A stretch of 56,238 nt of DNA from Candidatus Aminicenantes bacterium (GTDB lineage Bacteria; Acidobacteriota; Aminicenantia; Aminicenantales; UBA4085): the NCBI GenBank assembly GCA_016931595.1, contig JAFGEN010000136.1:1-56238 (forward strand), in the 5' to 3' direction. Both the position numbers and the translations under genes were made by a program. The notes under the pieces were generated by a model, which was not told where the DNA came from, ran no database searches, and saw only the letters and a list, made by a program, of their open reading frames with translations. Below are positions 53,728-56,238 of this stretch, piece after piece (position 1 is the stretch's first letter; each line of letters begins with the position of its first letter).

Positions 53728-54858
53728 ATGAATTATCAGCAGTTTTTCCGCTCCCGCCGCGGGGAGATGGTTGGTTTTCTTAAACAACTCGTCCTGGCCG
53801 AATCCCCCACCTCGGACAAAAAAGCAGTCGATGCCTGCAGCGCGATTTTTCTGGCGAACTGCGGACGGCACGGCGTCCGCCACACCCGGTTTCCCCAGCG
53901 CGGCCGGGGAGACTTCCACCTGCTGGAATACCCCGCCCGGGACGACGACCGGCTGGACGGGCGTCTGCTCGTTCTGACCCATATCGACACGGTATGGCCG
54001 GTCGGGCGCCTGGCGAAAATGCCCTTTTATCTCCAGGGCGACAAGATCTTCGGTCCCGGCGTCCTCGACATGAAGGCAGGACTTGTCCTGGCCGCTTCGG
54101 CGCTCGGGGCCCTTCGGGAGCTCAACCTCAGGCCCAGGCGGCGGATCGCCATGTTTTTGAACTCGGCCGAGGAAACGGGGTCCGAGGAAGCCCACGAGAT
54201 CATCCGGGCTCAGGCCAAGGCCGCCGACCGGGTTCTCTGTCTGGAGCCCGCTCTCCCGGGCGGAGCGTTGAAAATCCAGCGCAAGGGCCGGCTTGTCATC
54301 CGGCTCGATGTCCACGGAATCGCCGCCCACGGCGGTTCTCCCGGAAAGGGCGTCTCGGCGATCGACGAGCTCATTTGCCTGATTCGAAAAATCGAAGCGC
54401 TCCGCTCCGCCGATGTCTCGGTCAATATCGGCTTGATCGGAGGAGGGGAAAAAGCGAATATCGTGGCCGAGTCGGCCTTCGCCGTCGGCGACATTCGATT
54501 CTGGACGGCGGCACAGCGGGACAAGATTCTGGCCGTTCTCAAAGCCCTGGGACCGTCCGTTCGGCGGGCCAAAGTCAAGACGACAATTGAAAGCACGACG
54601 CCTCCGATGGAGAGGACCAAGGGTTCGGATGCGCTGTTTGCCGAAGCCAGGTCGGTCGCCGCGGAATTAGGGATGAAAATTACCGGCGGAAAGACCGGCG
54701 GAGGCTCGGATGCCTCGATCGCCGCCGGCCTGGGCCGGCCGACGTTGGACGGCCTGGGTCCGGACGGTGACGGGATTCACGCCGCCCATGAACACGCCCT
54801 GTTGTCCTCGCTGGTCGACCGGGCGGCCCTTCTGACTGCGCTGTTTCTGAAGATTTGA
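53728..54858 (+). CDS. M20/M25/M40 family metallopeptidase (carboxypeptidase G2-like)
   Basis: LVLTHIDTV, GPGVLDMKAG, NSAEETGS and GGSDAS motifs. The RBS GAGGAGG lies upstream. Confidence 0.8.
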   Translation: MNYQQFFRSRRGEMVGFLKQLVLAESPTSDKKAVDACSAIFLANCGRHGVRHTRFPQRGRGDFHLLEYPARDDDRLDGRLLVLTHIDTVWPVGRLAKMPFYLQGDKIFGPGVLDMKAGLVLAASALGALRELNLRPRRRIAMFLNSAEETGSEEAHEIIRAQAKAADRVLCLEPALPGGALKIQRKGRLVIRLDVHGIAAHGGSPGKGVSAIDELICLIRKIEALRSADVSVNIGLIGGGEKANIVAESAFAVGDIRFWTAAQRDKILAVLKALGPSVRRAKVKTTIESTTPPMERTKGSDALFAEARSVAAELGMKITGGKTGGGSDASIAAGLGRPTLDGLGPDGDGIHAAHEHALLSSLVDRAALLTALFLKI

Positions 54859-54962
54859 CCCGTTTGACAGGTATAAAAATTTTGTGATAGCGTACCGCCT
54901 AAAGCAAATCATCGACGCGGGGTCGTTTTCTTCCGGCTGCCGTTGCGTTAAAGGATGGATCG

Positions 54963-56108
54963 ATGATCAAGAAGGCCTATCTTCTCTCCCCCGGACCGAC
55001 TCCGGTCCCGCCGAGCGTTTTAGCCGCGGCGGCTGAACCGATCATCCACCACCGGACCGAGGAATTCTCCGGAATTTTCATGGAGGTGACGGAAGGGCTC
55101 AAAACCATTTTCGGAACAAGGGAGGATGTCTATATCTTGACGGCCTCGGGGACCGGGGCGATGGAAGCCGCCGTAGCCAACCTCTGCTCCCCCGGCGACC
55201 GCGTCCTGACCATCAACGCCGGCAAGTTCGGCGAACGTTGGTCGCGGATTTGCCGAGCCTATGGCGTCGCCGCCAGGGACATCGTTCTCGATTGGGGCAA
55301 GGTCTTGCCGAAGGAATCTCTCGAAGCGGAGCTAGAAGCCGTCCCGGACGTCAAGGCCGTTTTTGCCACCCTCTCGGAAACATCGGCCGGCCAGGTCTTT
55401 GATATCAAGGGGTTCGGAGAAGTCGTTGCCCGGACGCAGGCCGTCCTCGTCGTCGACGGCATTTCCGGCCTTGGCGCCGCCCCCTGTCCGATGGACGAAT
55501 GGAACATCGATGTTCTGATCGCCGGTTCCCAAAAATCGCTCATGATTCCCCCCGGTCTGTCCTTTATCGCCGCGAGTCCCAAGGCCTGGGCATTCATCGA
55601 ATCTTCGAAATGCCCGAAGTTCTATTTCGACTTGAAAAAAGCCCGACAATCTCTCGCTTCACGGACATCTCCCTGGTCTCCGGCGATCAGCCTGATCGTC
55701 CAGCAGAAAAAGGCTCTGGAGATCATCCTGGCACCGGGCTTGGACAAACTCATCGCCCACCATCATGTTCTGGCTGAAGCAACCCGGGCGGGCGTCCGGG
55801 CGCTCGGTCTTGAGCTTCTGGCCGAGCGGCCGGGCGACATCCTGACCGCGGTCAGAACGCCCTCCGGAATCGACGGGAAGACGCTTGTCAAAACAATGCA
55901 GACCAAATACCTGGCCTATATCGCCGGCGCCCAAGACCCTCATAAGGGAGAATTCTTCCGCATCGCCCATCTCGGATACATGGGCGGATTCGACGTCATC
56001 ACCGCTTTGACCGCCCTCGAGATGACCCTGGCCGACCTGGGCTTCGCGATTGTTCCCGGAACTTCGATTCAAGCCGCTGAACCCATATTAAAGGAGAACT
56101 GGTCATGA
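54963..56108 (+). CDS. Class V aminotransferase (serine-pyruvate/alanine-glyoxylate type; possible phosphoserine aminotransferase role)
   Basis: LLSPGPTPVP N-terminus and PLP-lysine motif GSQKSLMIPPGLSF. The stop overlaps the serA-like start (ATGA). Confidence 0.82.
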   Translation: MIKKAYLLSPGPTPVPPSVLAAAAEPIIHHRTEEFSGIFMEVTEGLKTIFGTREDVYILTASGTGAMEAAVANLCSPGDRVLTINAGKFGERWSRICRAYGVAARDIVLDWGKVLPKESLEAELEAVPDVKAVFATLSETSAGQVFDIKGFGEVVARTQAVLVVDGISGLGAAPCPMDEWNIDVLIAGSQKSLMIPPGLSFIAASPKAWAFIESSKCPKFYFDLKKARQSLASRTSPWSPAISLIVQQKKALEIILAPGLDKLIAHHHVLAEATRAGVRALGLELLAERPGDILTAVRTPSGIDGKTLVKTMQTKYLAYIAGAQDPHKGEFFRIAHLGYMGGFDVITALTALEMTLADLGFAIVPGTSIQAAEPILKENWS

Positions 56109-56238
56109 AAAAAATCCTGATCGCCGACGCTCTGGACAAGGAATCCACCGATCTTCTGAAAGCCGTTCCCGGCTTCGATGTCGTCGTGAAAACCGGCCTG
56201 GATGAAGCCGGCCTCATTCAGACGATCCCCGGGTTCAA
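56105..56238 (+). CDS. serA: D-3-phosphoglycerate dehydrogenase (3' partial)
   Basis: The N-terminus MKKILIADALDKESTDLLKAVPGFDVVVKTGL is typical of PGDH. The ORF is open to the window end. Confidence 0.65.
   Translation, partial: MKKILIADALDKESTDLLKAVPGFDVVVKTGLDEAGLIQTIPGF

Noticed and set aside
1-56238. Looked for CRISPR arrays, tRNA/rRNA genes, transposase or integrase genes, terminal inverted repeats, toxin-antitoxin pairs and known defence-system genes.
   Set aside because: None was recognisable. The only tandem repeat is the coding 27-bp array. The only compositional island (parAB) has no integrase or flanking direct repeats that I could see.

Overview
This 56.2-kb window is a densely coding, high-G+C segment of a bacterial genome. 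Hand-counted 60-nt samples gave 67% G+C at 7021-7080 and 42% at 3001-3060. TolC, HlyD, RlpA and several beta-barrel genes point to a diderm organism. I support about 45 CDS. I saw no rRNA, tRNA, CRISPR array, transposase or integrase.

Gene content, left to right:
- TSUP/TauE-like permease (5' partial).
- Secreted protein with an internal duplication.
- Low-G+C parB-parA island flanked by AT-rich spacers.
- Translationally coupled APC permease / RACo-like corrinoid activase / B12-binding corrinoid protein / non-pyrrolysine MttB-family methyltransferase operon.
- Class A beta-lactamase-like hydrolase.
- 1035-aa Asp-box (BNR/sortilin-like) protein.
- Two tandem M14 carboxypeptidase paralogs.
- 982-aa HExxH protease.
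- ECF sigma / anti-sigma / giant repeat-protein operon with a divergent PrsW-family protease.
- STAS plus a fused RsbW-kinase/cNMP-binding/PP2C partner-switching pair.
- TolC, HlyD adaptor, beta-CASP nuclease and a small membrane protein.
- rlmI-like methyltransferase and Nudix hydrolase.
- Glycogen locus: glgA, GalT-like enzyme and two GH57 enzymes.
- Stand-alone LigD phosphoesterase domain.
- Split purine genes: AICARFT-only PurH plus a PurO-like protein.
- LOG, VanZ, RlpA and a Tat-signal glycosylasparaginase-like enzyme.
- Two tandem paralogous beta-barrel-like proteins.
- GH63-like hydrolase, an OMP, an M20 peptidase, and a class-V aminotransferase overlapping serA (3' partial).

The strongest candidate for something undescribed is the 726-aa membrane-anchored protein at 21706-23886. 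It consists almost entirely of about 71 tandem nonapeptide units (consensus D-[GP]-[NS]-F-A-N-L-[VM]-K). It is the only cargo of the ECF sigma/anti-sigma operon, which sits next to the PrsW-type protease. Secondary candidates are the kinase-cNMP-phosphatase fusion with its STAS partner and the pump-less TolC/HlyD/beta-CASP gene string. All functional calls come from motif recognition by eye; no database search was possible.
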